Positions 1 to 11,172 of a stretch of 64,000 nt of DNA are shown piece after piece. Origin of the DNA: Octopus sinensis. Its lineage: Eukaryota. A model generated the notes under the pieces. That model ran no database searches. It was not told where the DNA came from and saw nothing but the letters and a program-made list of their open reading frames with translations. The stretch is from NCBI RefSeq assembly GCF_006345805.1, contig NC_042997.1, positions 35,402,001-35,466,000 of the forward strand. Direction: 5' to 3'. Numbering within the stretch: position 1 is the stretch's first letter; each line of letters begins with the position of its first letter. Both the position numbers and the translations under genes were made by a program.

Positions 1-469
1 TTGCCATATACTTGTAATCAATGGGGACATTACTACTACTTGCTCTCTTAAATAATCTTTACAAAATTAATCAACCACAATAAAATGTAACACATCATAC
101 CCTATGTCGAATAGTAATTGATTAAGCGATGAAAATTGAATGTTCACCAATATTTCAAAACAAAATTTTCATTTACTTGCATACCATATGGACACACCGA
201 GTCAGGCATACACATATACAAACATTGATATACAAAACATATAGATATATTCACACGCAATGTGGTGAGAAAATTTATGAATGGATGTTCTTTGTAAATT
301 CTCGAACTTTTTTTATGTATCCAGTATTTCTTAATTTGATTTTATAGTGGCATACTTTCATTTCTGATTTTTATGACATACAGTCACTCCATCCGCATTG
401 ATATAAGTACAACTCTTTCTGTCTGTTTGTTTGTCTGTCTGTCTCTCTCTTTCTCTCTCTCACTATAAT

Positions 470-473
470 GTAT

Positions 474-545
<72 letters not shown>
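470..545. repeat. (TA)n microsatellite preceded by (CTGT)/(CT)n; representative of dozens of TA/CA/TATG tracts in the window
   Basis: Direct sequence inspection. Confidence 0.95.
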
Positions 546-547
<2 letters not shown>

Positions 548-2343
548 CATACACACACTTTTATGCAATAGTGCATTAGGTTTTACAGCATTTAGTAATT
601 GTATTTAAATTTTTAACCAGGGCCATTCACGGTTGAAACTTTAAAATTTTCGATTTTTTTCCTAATGAACGACTGTACTGCGATTTTATTGGAATCAGCT
701 ATCGCTTTAATGTGCTATGGTAGAGCCGTAAACTAGTTTTCACTATTAGAACAGCAATAAAGAAATTTACTTATTGAAGTAGTTGCTTACTTTTTACTCT
801 GATTTTTACTTCATTACTGTATTAGGCCGTCTCCTCATTTTTCCAAAAAATTACACCAGCAAACTCTAGACTTTGCCAAAATATATCAATACAAAATAAA
901 TATATAAGCAGCCTCGCATACGCGGAACTCAGACACCGGATAAATACAAACTGATTGACCGACTGACTGACTGACCACTACTACTATTGTCGCCGCTATT
1001 ACTAAGACTATCACATCCTGTATTATAATTGATCCTAACTTTGGTATTAAATCAGTAAGTTGGTGATAGGTGTTAGTCGAAACAGGATTGCAGTACTTGG
1101 CTGGTACTTTATCTTTCTATCCTTAAATGTAATCGAGTTACTCACTCGCCCGGAATTGCTGGTCTTGTGCCAAAATTTGAAATCAAACGTTTAGTTGCAA
1201 ATTTGAACTCTGTAGTATTTCAACTCTGTATGTTTACACAATTCAACGATTATCGATTTAGTATTAAGCTGAAAAGTGTGCATAACTCACCACAGTCTCC
1301 AGAGTAATAGAACCTATACATTTATTCAATTCACTTGAAGGATGACCGATATTCTCGAATTTGGTAAGAGATAGATAATCGAGCCTAGAATTAGAGGCTA
1401 TATTTGTTCTGTTGTCATATCAATACTTATTTTTGCACAGGCACATCAGAAAAAAAAAAAACTTGTATTAACTTGCTGTCATTTTAGATTCCGAGTTCAC
1501 GTCCGACTGGTGTCGAATTTTCTCTTCTTATTGAAAGATTGACAAAAAAGCCACTGTGATACACAACGCTTCTCATGAAACTTACACTGCAGTAATGCTA
1601 AAAATGTATTATTTAGATAATTGTTGTTGCTAGAATGAGAAATACATTTTGTTGTGTCATTCCATTCCACTCTGAGATCTACCTATGACATTTCTGCCAC
1701 TTTTCTCGACCTCTAAGGTTTCAACGACCACCAGAAACTCACCGACTGCTCCACTATTATCAACAAAACAACCACCCCTTATATAGCTGATGAGTATTCT
1801 AAATTGTACAAGAAATAGTCATTATAGATAAACACTTGACTGAATCAATGGTGTGTAAAGGAAAAGTGAAGTACACGGACAACTCTCTTTGTTTAAATGA
1901 TTTCGTCTAGTAGTTAAGTTTATTTGCTAAATAATACGCCAATGATCACAATATTGATATTGTTTGATCTGACTCCAAAGAGTAGTTAAACGAAGGGTGT
2001 ATATCGTAAAATTGACTTAACGATATTACAATACTTTCGTAAAACCCGGTGGGAAGAAATAGAAAATACACTCAGGTTTTAAATTCAATTTCGTTGTGGA
2101 GAGAAGAAATTGTCTTCATTGCAGTGTCAATTTCCCTTATTATATTATCAGCCTTTTAACACCTTGCCTCCCAACGATGTCAACAATATTTGCCCGGGGT
2201 TTTCTCTTAGTATGTCGCAAAACGGACTTGCAAAATCTTAAGTCATAAGATCTCTATGTCACTAAGACTATAACAAATATTAATATTACTAACATCACAA
2301 CCTTAATTCACCTAAGTATCAACTGATTCCTCATTCGCGGCAA

Positions 2344-2382
<39 letters not shown>

Positions 2383-2645
2383 CGGCAGGGGATGGTGGTG
2401 ATCCCTGCTGTACTCTTTCACCACAACTTTCTCTCACTCTTACTTCCTGTTTCTGTTGTACCTGTATTTCAAAGGACCGGCCTTGTCACTCTCTGTGTCA
2501 CGCTGAATATCCCCGAGAACTACGTTAAGGGTATACGTGTCCGTGGAGTGCTCAGCCACTTACACGTTAATTTCTCGAACAGGCTGTTCCGTTGATTCGG
2601 ATCAACCGGAACCCTCGTTGTCGTAACCGACGGAGTGCTTCCACC
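2383..2645 (+). mobile_element. 5'-truncated SINE-like repeat sharing a central block with the SINE at 10547-10850
   Basis: GGCAGGGG..TGGTGATCCCTGCTGTACTCTTTCACCAC..CTTTCTCTCACTCTT matches the reverse complement of ~10670-10725; the 3' part differs. Confidence 0.6.
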
Positions 2646-2991
2646 AATATATAAGCATAAGATCCAAGGATCGTACAAAAAATTAAAAACAACTTTCAGG
2701 GACAATAGCGGTTTACTGAAACGTAAGGTTGTGGATGTTTCATATCGAAGTATCTTAAACTGAAAGAAGTTGTTTTTATACTACTCGGTAGGCGACCAGG
2801 TTTGCTGGGTATGTGAATGAGAATACAAGTTAAGGGAAGGTGAATATGAGATCCGGACTACATCGGTTTCATAATGAGCAGAACCTCAGAAGTGTTAAAT
2901 ATCCATTCCTTAATACTTATATATATATATATATATATATATACAGGCATATATATCTATATCTATTTATCTATAAATCTATAAATCTATG

Positions 2992-3024
<33 letters not shown>

Positions 3025-3188
3025 TATAATTATATCGTGTTGCATATTTGCCATTTGAATATGGCTAACCCATAAGGGTGGATGCTACTGTAGTTTGTAG
3101 CCCCAGGAAGATATCTCCTCCAGTTGGCTATAGACACACTATCTGTGTCCTGTCAGTATCTGTGAAGGGGAGTCGTCCTCCCCGTCTT

Positions 3189-3258
3189 CAACACATGATA
3201 CACACGTACCCGAGTTTCAAGGTGTTTACCTTTCATCAGCGTGTGACAATCATGGTTG
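3189..3258 (-). ncRNA. Type I hammerhead ribozyme, intact core (unit 1)
   Basis: Minus strand: CACACG-CTGATGA(3239-3233)-AAGGT/AAAC/ACCTT-GAAA-C/TCGG/G-TA^-CGTGTG. Stem I is 6 bp, extended by CATGAT/ATCATG; stem II is 5 bp; GUA cleavage predicted between 3207 and 3206. Confidence 0.85.
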
Positions 3259-3541
3259 TCGACGAGAAGTCAGATCCCTTCACAAATACATATACTTTTT
3301 CCAGTGTCGATTTCACACTGATAATGTAAAAGTGAAATCAAACAATGATAAATCTCAGAGCGAGTTATAAACAGTAGCGGTAACACTTCCTGTTGCATAT
3401 TTGCCATTTGAATATGGCTAACCCATAAGGGTGGATGCTACTGTAGTTTGTAGCCCCAGGAAGATATCTCCTCCAGTTGGCTATAGACACACTATCTGTG
3501 TCCTGTCAGTATCTGTGAAGGGGAGTCATCCTCCCCGTCTT

Positions 3542-3611
3542 CAACACATGATACACACGTACCCGAGTTTCAAGGTGTTTACCTTTCATCAGCGTGTGAC
3601 AATCATGGTTG
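3542..3611 (-). ncRNA. Type I hammerhead ribozyme, intact core (unit 2)
   Basis: Identical to the unit-1 ribozyme at +353; cleavage predicted between 3560 and 3559. Confidence 0.85.
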
Positions 3612-3690
3612 TCGACGAGAAGTCAGATCCCTTCACAAATACATACGACACTGGAAAAAGTATATGTATTTGTGAAGGGATCTGACTTCA

Positions 3691-3760
3691 CAACCATGAT
3701 TGTCACACGCTGATTAAAGGTAAACACCTTGAAACTCGGGTACGTGTGTATCATGTGTTG
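3691..3760 (+). ncRNA. Type I hammerhead ribozyme with G8U core mutation (probably inactive)
   Basis: Same helices, but the core reads CTGATTA (3710-3716; T at 3715); GTA triplet at 3740-3742. Confidence 0.75.
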
Positions 3761-4037
3761 AAGACGGGGAGGATGACTCCCCTTCACATATACTGACAGG
3801 ACACAGATAGTGTGTCTATAGCCAACTGGAGGAGATATCTTCCTGGGGCTACAAACTACAGTAGCATCCACCCTTATGGGTTAGCCATATTCAAATGGCA
3901 AATATGCAACACGAAGTGTTACCGCTACTGTTTATAACTCGCTCTGAGATTTATCATTGTTATATATATATATATACACACATATATATATATATACATA
4001 CACATATACATATATACATACATATATACTTACAAAA

Positions 4038-4226
4038 TGTGACCGTGTGTGTACCGTTGGCGATATTTTTTCCTCCATCTTCTCCTATGTTTCTGACAAA
4101 GATCTCCGCTCGAAACGTTAAACCCTCCTTCTTTCCTTCGTTGCTGAGCGTTCAATAATACTATATTTGTTCCACGTCCTCGCGTTGTTGTGTTTTTTTT
4201 GTGCTTTCATGTTTGGATTAACTTTA
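4038..4226 (+). mobile_element. Penelope-like terminal repeat fragment with a degenerate minimal hammerhead (4087-4123)
   Basis: GTTT-CTGACAA-AGATCTCCGCTC-GAAACGTT-AAAC. Homologous copies at 24030-24233 and 54011-54090. PLE assignment rests on the HHR-like motif (inference). Confidence 0.55.
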
Positions 4227-4649
4227 TATATATATATACATGCATACATACATACATACATACATACATACATACATACATACATACATACATACATACA
4301 TACACACACACATATATATATATATATGTATGTGTATGTGTATGTATGTATATAATACAAAAATGGGACAAGAACGCAAAACATCCATACAGTTAAGTGA
4401 TACAAAAAGGACAAAATACATACAGACAAACGATACACGGAAGACAACGATGGGTCATTCGGAGTTTTCTATCCTCAATTGTGTTTCAGATTATATTTGC
4501 AATTTCGGCTGATTATAATCGAGATTGCTCTAATGTGGCCAGCTCCAAGGAACAAATAAGCTAAGAGCATTAGATTCGTTACAAGAAAGTAGCGAATTTA
4601 TACGGAAGGACGGAAATACAAAACAAAAACCCAGTGAAATGTTATACAA

Positions 4650-5400
4650 ATGTGTGGTCGAGCATTGTCCTGATGAAGCATAACTCTTTTTCGATTCACT
4701 GAAGCGGTTTATTTTCGTTAAAGCTAGGTTCAAACGTTCTAATTGCTGACAGTAGACTTGAGCATTGATTGTTGCATTAGGTGGTAATAATTCAAAGTGA
4801 ATTACACCTTTGCAATCCCACCAGATACAGAGAAGATCATTTTTGCCATGAAGTTTCCTTCTCGGTTGTGGTTGAGTTTTTTTTCCCTTTTACCAAGCCA
4901 CTCTTTACATTTAACATTTCCATAGAAGATCTATTTTTCGTCACCAGTCACATGTCTATCCAAAAAGGGTGAAATTATTTCGCGAAAATGGAGAGAAGAG
5001 CAGATGTCAAATTGGGATTTCTGGTTGCTTTCGGACAATTCATGAGGCACCCATTTTCCAAGCTTAGGAACCTTTCCAAGTTGTTGAAGATGACAATGAA
5101 CAGTTGTAAGGTTTGAACTAAGCTTTATTGCCAATTCTTCAACTGATAAAGCAGGATTTTCTTCAAGTAATGCCTCAGAGAACTTATCATCAAATCTTCA
5201 TTTTCAAGGCTGAAATTTGGCAAAACATATTCTGCAAATTCTTTCAATCAAGCATTCTTTCCCTTCAACTGAGCGTATGTTTCAATTCGCTTCGGCTGCA
5301 GCATTATATGCCTTAAATGATCTCCGGATAGTTCAATTTTAGCAAGTGTTTAGTCAAGCAAATGTTAATTATATTGTTCTGTAAAATAATATTTGATTAG
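4650..5400 (-). pseudogene. Mariner transposase relic (N-terminal to second catalytic Asp)
   Basis: WVPHEL and VTGDEK in ORF 4931-5134; LHQDNARPH at ~4655-4680; stops and frameshifts. Confidence 0.85.
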
Positions 5401-5454
5401 CTTAAAAGTATACAAATACATAAGAAGATCGAAGAGCTTGGTTAGGAAAAAAAA

Positions 5455-5629
5455 TTCCTCATCAACCTTATTCTCCCGACCTTGATCCTTCAGACAACCA
5501 TTTGTTTCGTAGTTTACAGAATCATTTGTGTGACATAACTTTCGCAAGTAGACTTTCTAAAATACTATTAACAATTATTCAATTTTAAAAACAGGTAAAA
5601 TCGGACAGAACTTATGGGATAACCAGATA
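5455..5629 (+). mobile_element. Mariner 3' fragment with terminal inverted repeat
   Basis: YSPDL-PSDNHLF-coding segment; CGGACAGAACTTATGGGATAACCAGA-TA matches the end at 8820-8847. Confidence 0.7.
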
Positions 5630-5973
5630 TATACGTCTCTAAAGTGACTAAGGGCACTAATCATCACCAGTGTTGTTAGAATAAGAGTCAAAGAAACTCA
5701 GTAGCCACACAAAGCCCTATATTAATGGCTGACAAGGGAAGCAAGCTCCCTGCGACAGAAGATGTAGCCACGTATCTTAATGTTCACGGGTGGATCTCAC
5801 CGCGTCTAGCGTTAAACTCAGCTCAACTTCGAAGTCTATAAAATTTCCGTTGACACTTATGTCTCTCAATACTGCTTCTAGGTTGTAAAATTGCGAATTG
5901 GCCACCATTATTATTTACAAACACACACACAAATGTATATTTACATAGACATATGTATATTTGATATATATAT

Positions 5974-6100
5974 AAGGTACAAGAGTAACTGTGTGGTTAG
6001 AAGCTTGCTTCCCAACAGCATGGTTCAGTTTCATTGCATGGGACCGATGTTGGTGTGCTTACGTCCCCATAACTTAGTGGTTCGGCAAAACAAACCCATA
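5974..6100 (+). mobile_element. Internally deleted SINE family A copy
   Basis: Head (TGTGTGGTTAGAAGCTTGCTTCCCAAC..) joined to CGATGTTGGTGTG..GTCCCC..GGTTCGGCAAAA; matches 38686-39125. Confidence 0.55.
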
Positions 6101-6435
6101 TAATTTATTTTAGCTTGTCTAGCTATAATATACAAGGGCGGAAGAATTCCGAAGATCCACGTCATTGTGAATTATAATTCCTAAAGAAAAGGTTTCCCGA
6201 AAGATTTTCCTAATACCGGGCATATAATACTTTGTGTGGTAGAAACAATATATCAATGTCGTACGTAGAATACACTTATAACTCTGTCATTGGGAATTCA
6301 TGCCTGGTTATACATAATGTGTGTACGTTCTACACAAAAGTAGAATCGAATTGTGAGATAGACATTTGAATTTAGAGTTTAGGCTGACGAGCAGTTATGA
6401 GTGAGAAATCTTATTTGCATACTGTTTTAATCTTT

Positions 6436-6650
6436 TATTCTTTTACGTGTTTCAGTCATTTGACTGCGGCCATGCTGGAGCACCGCTTTTAGTCGAGCAA
6501 ATCGACCCCAGGACTTATTCTTTGGAAGCCTAGTACTTATTCTATAGGTCTCTTTCGCCGAACCGCTAAGTCACGGGGACGTAAACACACCGCCATCGGT
6601 TGTCAAGCGACGTTGGGGGGACAAACACAGAAACACAAACACACACATAC
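6436..6650 (-). mobile_element. SINE family A, 3' half
   Basis: Reverse complement of ~38920-39120. Confidence 0.8.
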
Positions 6651-7459
6651 AATACAGCTAAAATTAAGTTTGTTCATGCAGGACTAATGTTCACAGGTCT
6701 TTAATATTGGGTAGGGAACTAAAATTGTATATCTCGATTACCCGTTTTATAATAAATACAGTTAATCTATCACGTATGAGTATTATTTTTGCTGTAAGAT
6801 CAGCTGCATCTACGTTGCTTCAAAGGAATATATTATGATTGCATATACGATGAAAATAGCTGCGTGGCTTTCAACGCGGTCCTCTAACATATACAAGAAC
6901 AAAGTAAATAGATATAGATATTAAGGAGATGAGATATACATAACGTTGGAATGATACATTTCTATAAATCTAATTGTCAAACATGGAAGAATGTGGCTGC
7001 ATTCTTTATAGATGCTTTCATCATGTGAACGAATATATGACGAAATATATATAATGTTATTATTATATCACTTATACACGCAGAACTAGATTTATCTCTT
7101 CTCCATCGTGCATTGTATTGGTATTAAATGTATTTCGTTACAGACAAGCTGCTTTAAGATATGTCAGAATATTTTGTCTGATATATATTACTCAGAAGCA
7201 TACTTATATTACCATATCAGTAACATTACTAATAACTACAATTCAAGTTTATCTCGCGGGCACCGACCCCAACAGATAAATTGTTCTTCTTTTCTCCCTG
7301 TACAGATTATTACAAGGTCAGTCTGTTGCATCTGGGGAAGAAAACGTAGCTGGAAGCTAGTTCTCTGCCGTTATTCTTCGTCAATTAGCCAATCCCTACT
7401 GCTTATGTAGTATGTATTTATATAGTTACATATATTCATTTATTTAGACACACACACAT

Positions 7460-7504
<45 letters not shown>

Positions 7505-7665
7505 TACTCACACACACATACATGTGTGAGTATGTGTATGTGAGTATTCATATATAAATGCATACACATGCATTCTTTATTCTTCTATGTGCTACAGTCG
7601 TTATACTGCGTCCATACACGAGTTCACTTTGAAGGCTTTAGTAGATGAAATGGAACCCGCTGCTA

Positions 7666-7669
7666 TTAT

Positions 7670-7725
<56 letters not shown>

Positions 7726-7761
7726 GTAATAATAATAATAATGATGATAATGATGATGATG

Positions 7762-7823
<62 letters not shown>
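7666..7823. repeat. Compound (CTA)n/(TAA)n/(TGA)n microsatellite
   Basis: Direct inspection; source of the poly-T/N/L/I ORFs. Confidence 0.95.
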
Positions 7824-7824
<1 letters not shown>

Positions 7825-8015
7825 GATTAAAAAATATTCAGACAAATACATAACAAAAAAACCAGGACTTACAAACACATATAACATACAGAAAATTGCT
7901 CTACTAGGCACTGCACACATCCTACGCAGAACACTTTCCATACAATAACCATCACAACAAATCACAGCACATACCCAAGGCACACAGAGCACGCTATAAA
8001 AATAAAACTACTGAA
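7822..8015 (+). mobile_element. R4/Dong-like LINE extreme 3' end embedded in (TAA)n
   Basis: Encodes ..YNIQKIALLGTAHILRRTLSIQ*; same family as 51575-51930; TAA repeats on both sides. Confidence 0.7.
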
Positions 8016-8017
8016 TG

Positions 8018-8067
<50 letters not shown>

Positions 8068-8246
8068 GTTCTGGTTGTTGTTTTTGTCATTGTTATTGTT
8101 GTAAATAAACACAAACACCTATTGCCCAAGCAGAAGTGATACTACAAACATAAAGACGCGCGCACACTGATACATTCATGCATGCATATATTCCTACATA
8201 TATGCACATATACATAACTGCATAAATACATATGGACATGCATACA

Positions 8247-8303
<57 letters not shown>

Positions 8304-8554
8304 ACATATATATATATATATATACATCGCCCATCCTTAGTTCTTTTATCCCTCTGCCTTTACCTCTCTCTCTTCTCTCCCCACTTGACCAGTGTTCGAC
8401 CAGGCCTGACTTTTCTTTCATGGCTCGACTACCATCCGTGCAACATCTATATCCCTCCCTGTGGCTATTAAAAACAATGTCACTGCCGTAAGGCTTTACC
8501 TCCTCATACGCCAGCATTAATTTAATTCGTCCTTAGTAGAAAGACACTTGTTGT

Positions 8555-8847
8555 TATGTCCTGTTAATTATTCTCCCGACCTTGCTCCTTCAGACAACCA
8601 TTTGTTTTGTAGTTTACACAATCATTTGTGGGACATAACTTTCGCAAGCCATGAGGAGGACGAAACTGACATTTCAGAGTTCTTCGCTTTGAAACCAAAT
8701 GATGGGATTAAAAACCTTGTAAATATATGGACAGAAGTCAGATAATTAAGGAAAGTACATTGATGATTAAATTTCAATTAAATATAACATTCGATCACTT
8801 GTTTTCTTTATTCAAAATTCGGACAGAACTTATGGGATGACCTGATA
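8555..8847 (+). mobile_element. Mariner 3' fragment with TIR and TA
   Basis: YSPDLAPSDNHLF in ORF 8548-8745; terminal CGGACAGAACTTATGGGATGACCTGA-TA. Confidence 0.8.
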
Positions 8848-8889
8848 TATATACATATTTATATGAAGATATTCAGTATTTCTCATACT

Positions 8890-9700
8890 GAATGGGTAAG
8901 GGCCAATTTTTACTCCAAGCCATCAAGGACAAGAGGAAAGACATGCCTTAGAACCTCTTGAAAAAACCCAAGCATACCCTCCAACCGAACAGCTTTGGTT
9001 TTTCTCAGATGAGAAAAAAATTTGCCTGGATCAAATGGTGAACACACAGAACAACCAATCGCATACTGAGTCCCCAAAACATGTACCGACAGTGATAAAA
9101 ATCAAACATCCAGTCAACATCATGGTATTTGGAGTGGTCACTACTGATTGTGACGTTATGCTTCCATTCATCCTCCCACACGGTCTCAGACTCAACATGG
9201 AGGTCTACATCAAGTGCCGACAGGAGATAGTACTGATCTAGGCCAAGAGGGTGGCTGCTGTAGGACCCTATGTCTAGCAACAACATTCTGCACCATGCCA
9301 CACAAGGAAATGAACCTAGTATTGGTTGTCAGACAATTTCTGCGACAACTTCACACCTAACCTCTGGTCACCTAAATCCTCATCCTGCAACACCATTGAT
9401 TATTATGCGTGGGACACAGTTCAGCGAGAGCCCAACAAAACTCCTTGTAAAATCAAAGATGAACTGAAGGCAAGTATTATGGCAGCATTCACTATCTTTA
9501 AAAAGGAGAGCGTCCAGAAGAGGTGGAGGAGATTCTGAAGTTGTCTGGAAGCCGTGGTTGAATCCAATGGGGATTTTATTGAACAAATTTACTCTTTAGT
9601 ATTGCAATGTATTATGTTATTTTGGTAAATATATCTGTTAAAATGAGATGTTAATGTTTTATTTATTTCTGCGTAATTTAGACGACCGCAACTTGCATAT
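8890..9700 (+). pseudogene. maT/DD37D-type Tc1-mariner transposase relic
   Basis: SDEKKF, KHPVNIMVFGVV, QQ(H)SAPCH..SCNTIDYY; 37 codons between the second and third acidic positions; several stops. Confidence 0.8.
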
Positions 9701-10499
9701 ATATTTATTGATGTATGTATATGGAATCGTATTTCTGCTTGTATGTATACTCAGAAAAGACAGAGATAGTGGGGAAAGAGAGATAATGAAAATGTGTGAT
9801 AGAGATGTAAAGGAAGTGGATGTGATACGGATAGGTAACGGCTTGTGTTAGCGAAAAAATTGCGCAAAATATTGAGTGTGAATATTTTATTCATGAATCA
9901 AATTATTCTCTTTTGCGATTCAGATTGTTCGAATGATTAAAGAGGGGCAAGTTATTTGACAATATCAGAACAAATATAAAGACAAACATAAGAATATATG
10001 ATTAATTGAAACTTTGGTGATATGGTGATGAACACAGAACATGCGTTTTTCACATACACATGAAAACATCACTTGCCACTAGAGATGGTAGAGAATGTAT
10101 GAAAATGAAAGCCGTACCCTATTTCTCGTCATCGCATAGGAATTTCATGCAGCTTTTAGTTATCTTACGTATTTTAAAATTATCCACGTACCTTGTCACA
10201 ACACGATCGTCCATGAAGTTTTAAAGTAAAGAATGAGTGAATGTATGTACTAACAGTTATTAAGCTTCATCTACCAATAACACAGAACATTGCTTTTCTA
10301 TGCGTCCTTGTGCGTGTATGTATATACATTTGTTCGTAACATGCATACATACATATATTCATATATATGCGGGTGAGTGTGTTAAATTGTAAGGCACTAA
10401 AAGAGAATTACTCTCCCCAGACGCAAAAGAATATGTTTAAAGAATTTTACAAACCGAATCCCAAAATGAAATATATGCATTATATATATATATATCACA

Positions 10500-10546
<47 letters not shown>

Positions 10547-10553
<7 letters not shown>

Positions 10554-10850
10554 ATCACGTGACCGACCAGAGCATCAGATGTTGCTACACATCGCTGGTC
10601 ACAATGCGTTCGCATTGTTTTAGCCTTCGAATGACGCCACCCCTCTGGCTAAGCGAGCAGGCCAACAGAAGAAAGAGTGAGAGAAAGAGTGGTGAAAGAG
10701 TACAGCAGGGATCACCACCCCTGCCGGAGCCTCGTGGAGCTTTTAGTTGTTTTCGCTCAATAAACACTCACAACGCCCGGTCTAGGAATCGAAACCGCGA
10801 TCCTGTGACCGCGAGTCCGCTGCCCTAACCACTAGGCTATTGCGCCTCCA
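10547..10850 (-). mobile_element. Full-length tRNA-derived SINE (family C)
   Basis: Minus-strand head GGAGGCGCAATAGCCTAGTGGTTAGGGCAGCGGAC..GGTTTCGATTCC with A- and B-box-like motifs; ends in (TA)n. Confidence 0.8.
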
Positions 10851-11111
10851 CACACACACACACACACACAATATATATATATATATATATATTTATTTAT
10901 ATATATATATATTTATGTATGTATGTATATATATATAAGTATGTATATAATGTATATATATATGTATGTATATATGTATGTAACTATATCTATTTATACA
11001 TATACCAAATTACACACGCACACTTACACACAAATTTTTCGACACTGTTAAATATTCTTCAATATAATCTATTTTCGAAGTATGTGACGCCTCTGTTTTC
11101 CCTTCTTACAG

Positions 11112-11172
11112 ATGAAGTTACTTTTCACGAAACACTTTCAAGAAGTTCTTCTGAAGTACATCAAATCACTAA
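11112..11172 (+). other. Candidate isolated 61-nt exon
   Basis: Acceptor TGTTTTCCCTTCTTACAG, donor AA|GTAAGA; two open frames; no partner exons identified. Confidence 0.25.

Larger units (their letters stand above)
3035..3961. mobile_element. Candidate non-LTR retrozyme locus: ~1.7 tandem copies of a 353-bp hammerhead-containing unit plus one inverted copy, flanked by (TA)n
   Basis: TGTTGCATATTTGCC at 3038 and 3391 gives a period of 353. Units 1 and 2 differ at only 2 positions in the overlap (3037/3390, 3175/3528). 3646-3961 is the reverse complement of the unit. One HHR per unit. Confidence 0.8.

Noticed and set aside
1787-1830. CTGATGA..GAAA
   Set aside because: No stem I pairing and poor stem II; chance match
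3318-3339. Plus-strand CTGATAA..GAAA suggesting an opposite-polarity ribozyme in the unit
   Set aside because: G8 is missing and neither stem I nor stem II can form
3078-3871. Three repeated ~83-aa ORFs (MDATVVCSPRK..)
   Set aside because: GTG starts, no recognisable domain, and simply a by-product of the repeat unit. 353 is not a multiple of 3, so there is no endless ORF on a circle.
3035-3961. CRISPR-like or satellite interpretation of the repeats
   Set aside because: No short repeat-spacer structure; eukaryotic context; only ~2.6 copies
5724-5770. CTGACAA-GGGAAGC/GCTCCC hairpin resembling a decayed hammerhead
   Set aside because: Lacks G8, GAAA and an NUH site; cannot be supported from one copy
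7306-7316. Possible 11-nt micro-exon (also a 9-nt one at 60467-60475 and an AG|GT ratchet-like site at 13730/13731)
   Set aside because: Splice-like motifs alone are expected by chance in 64 kb; no transcript evidence
10775-10850. tRNA-like sequence
   Set aside because: It is the head of a SINE; no complete cloverleaf
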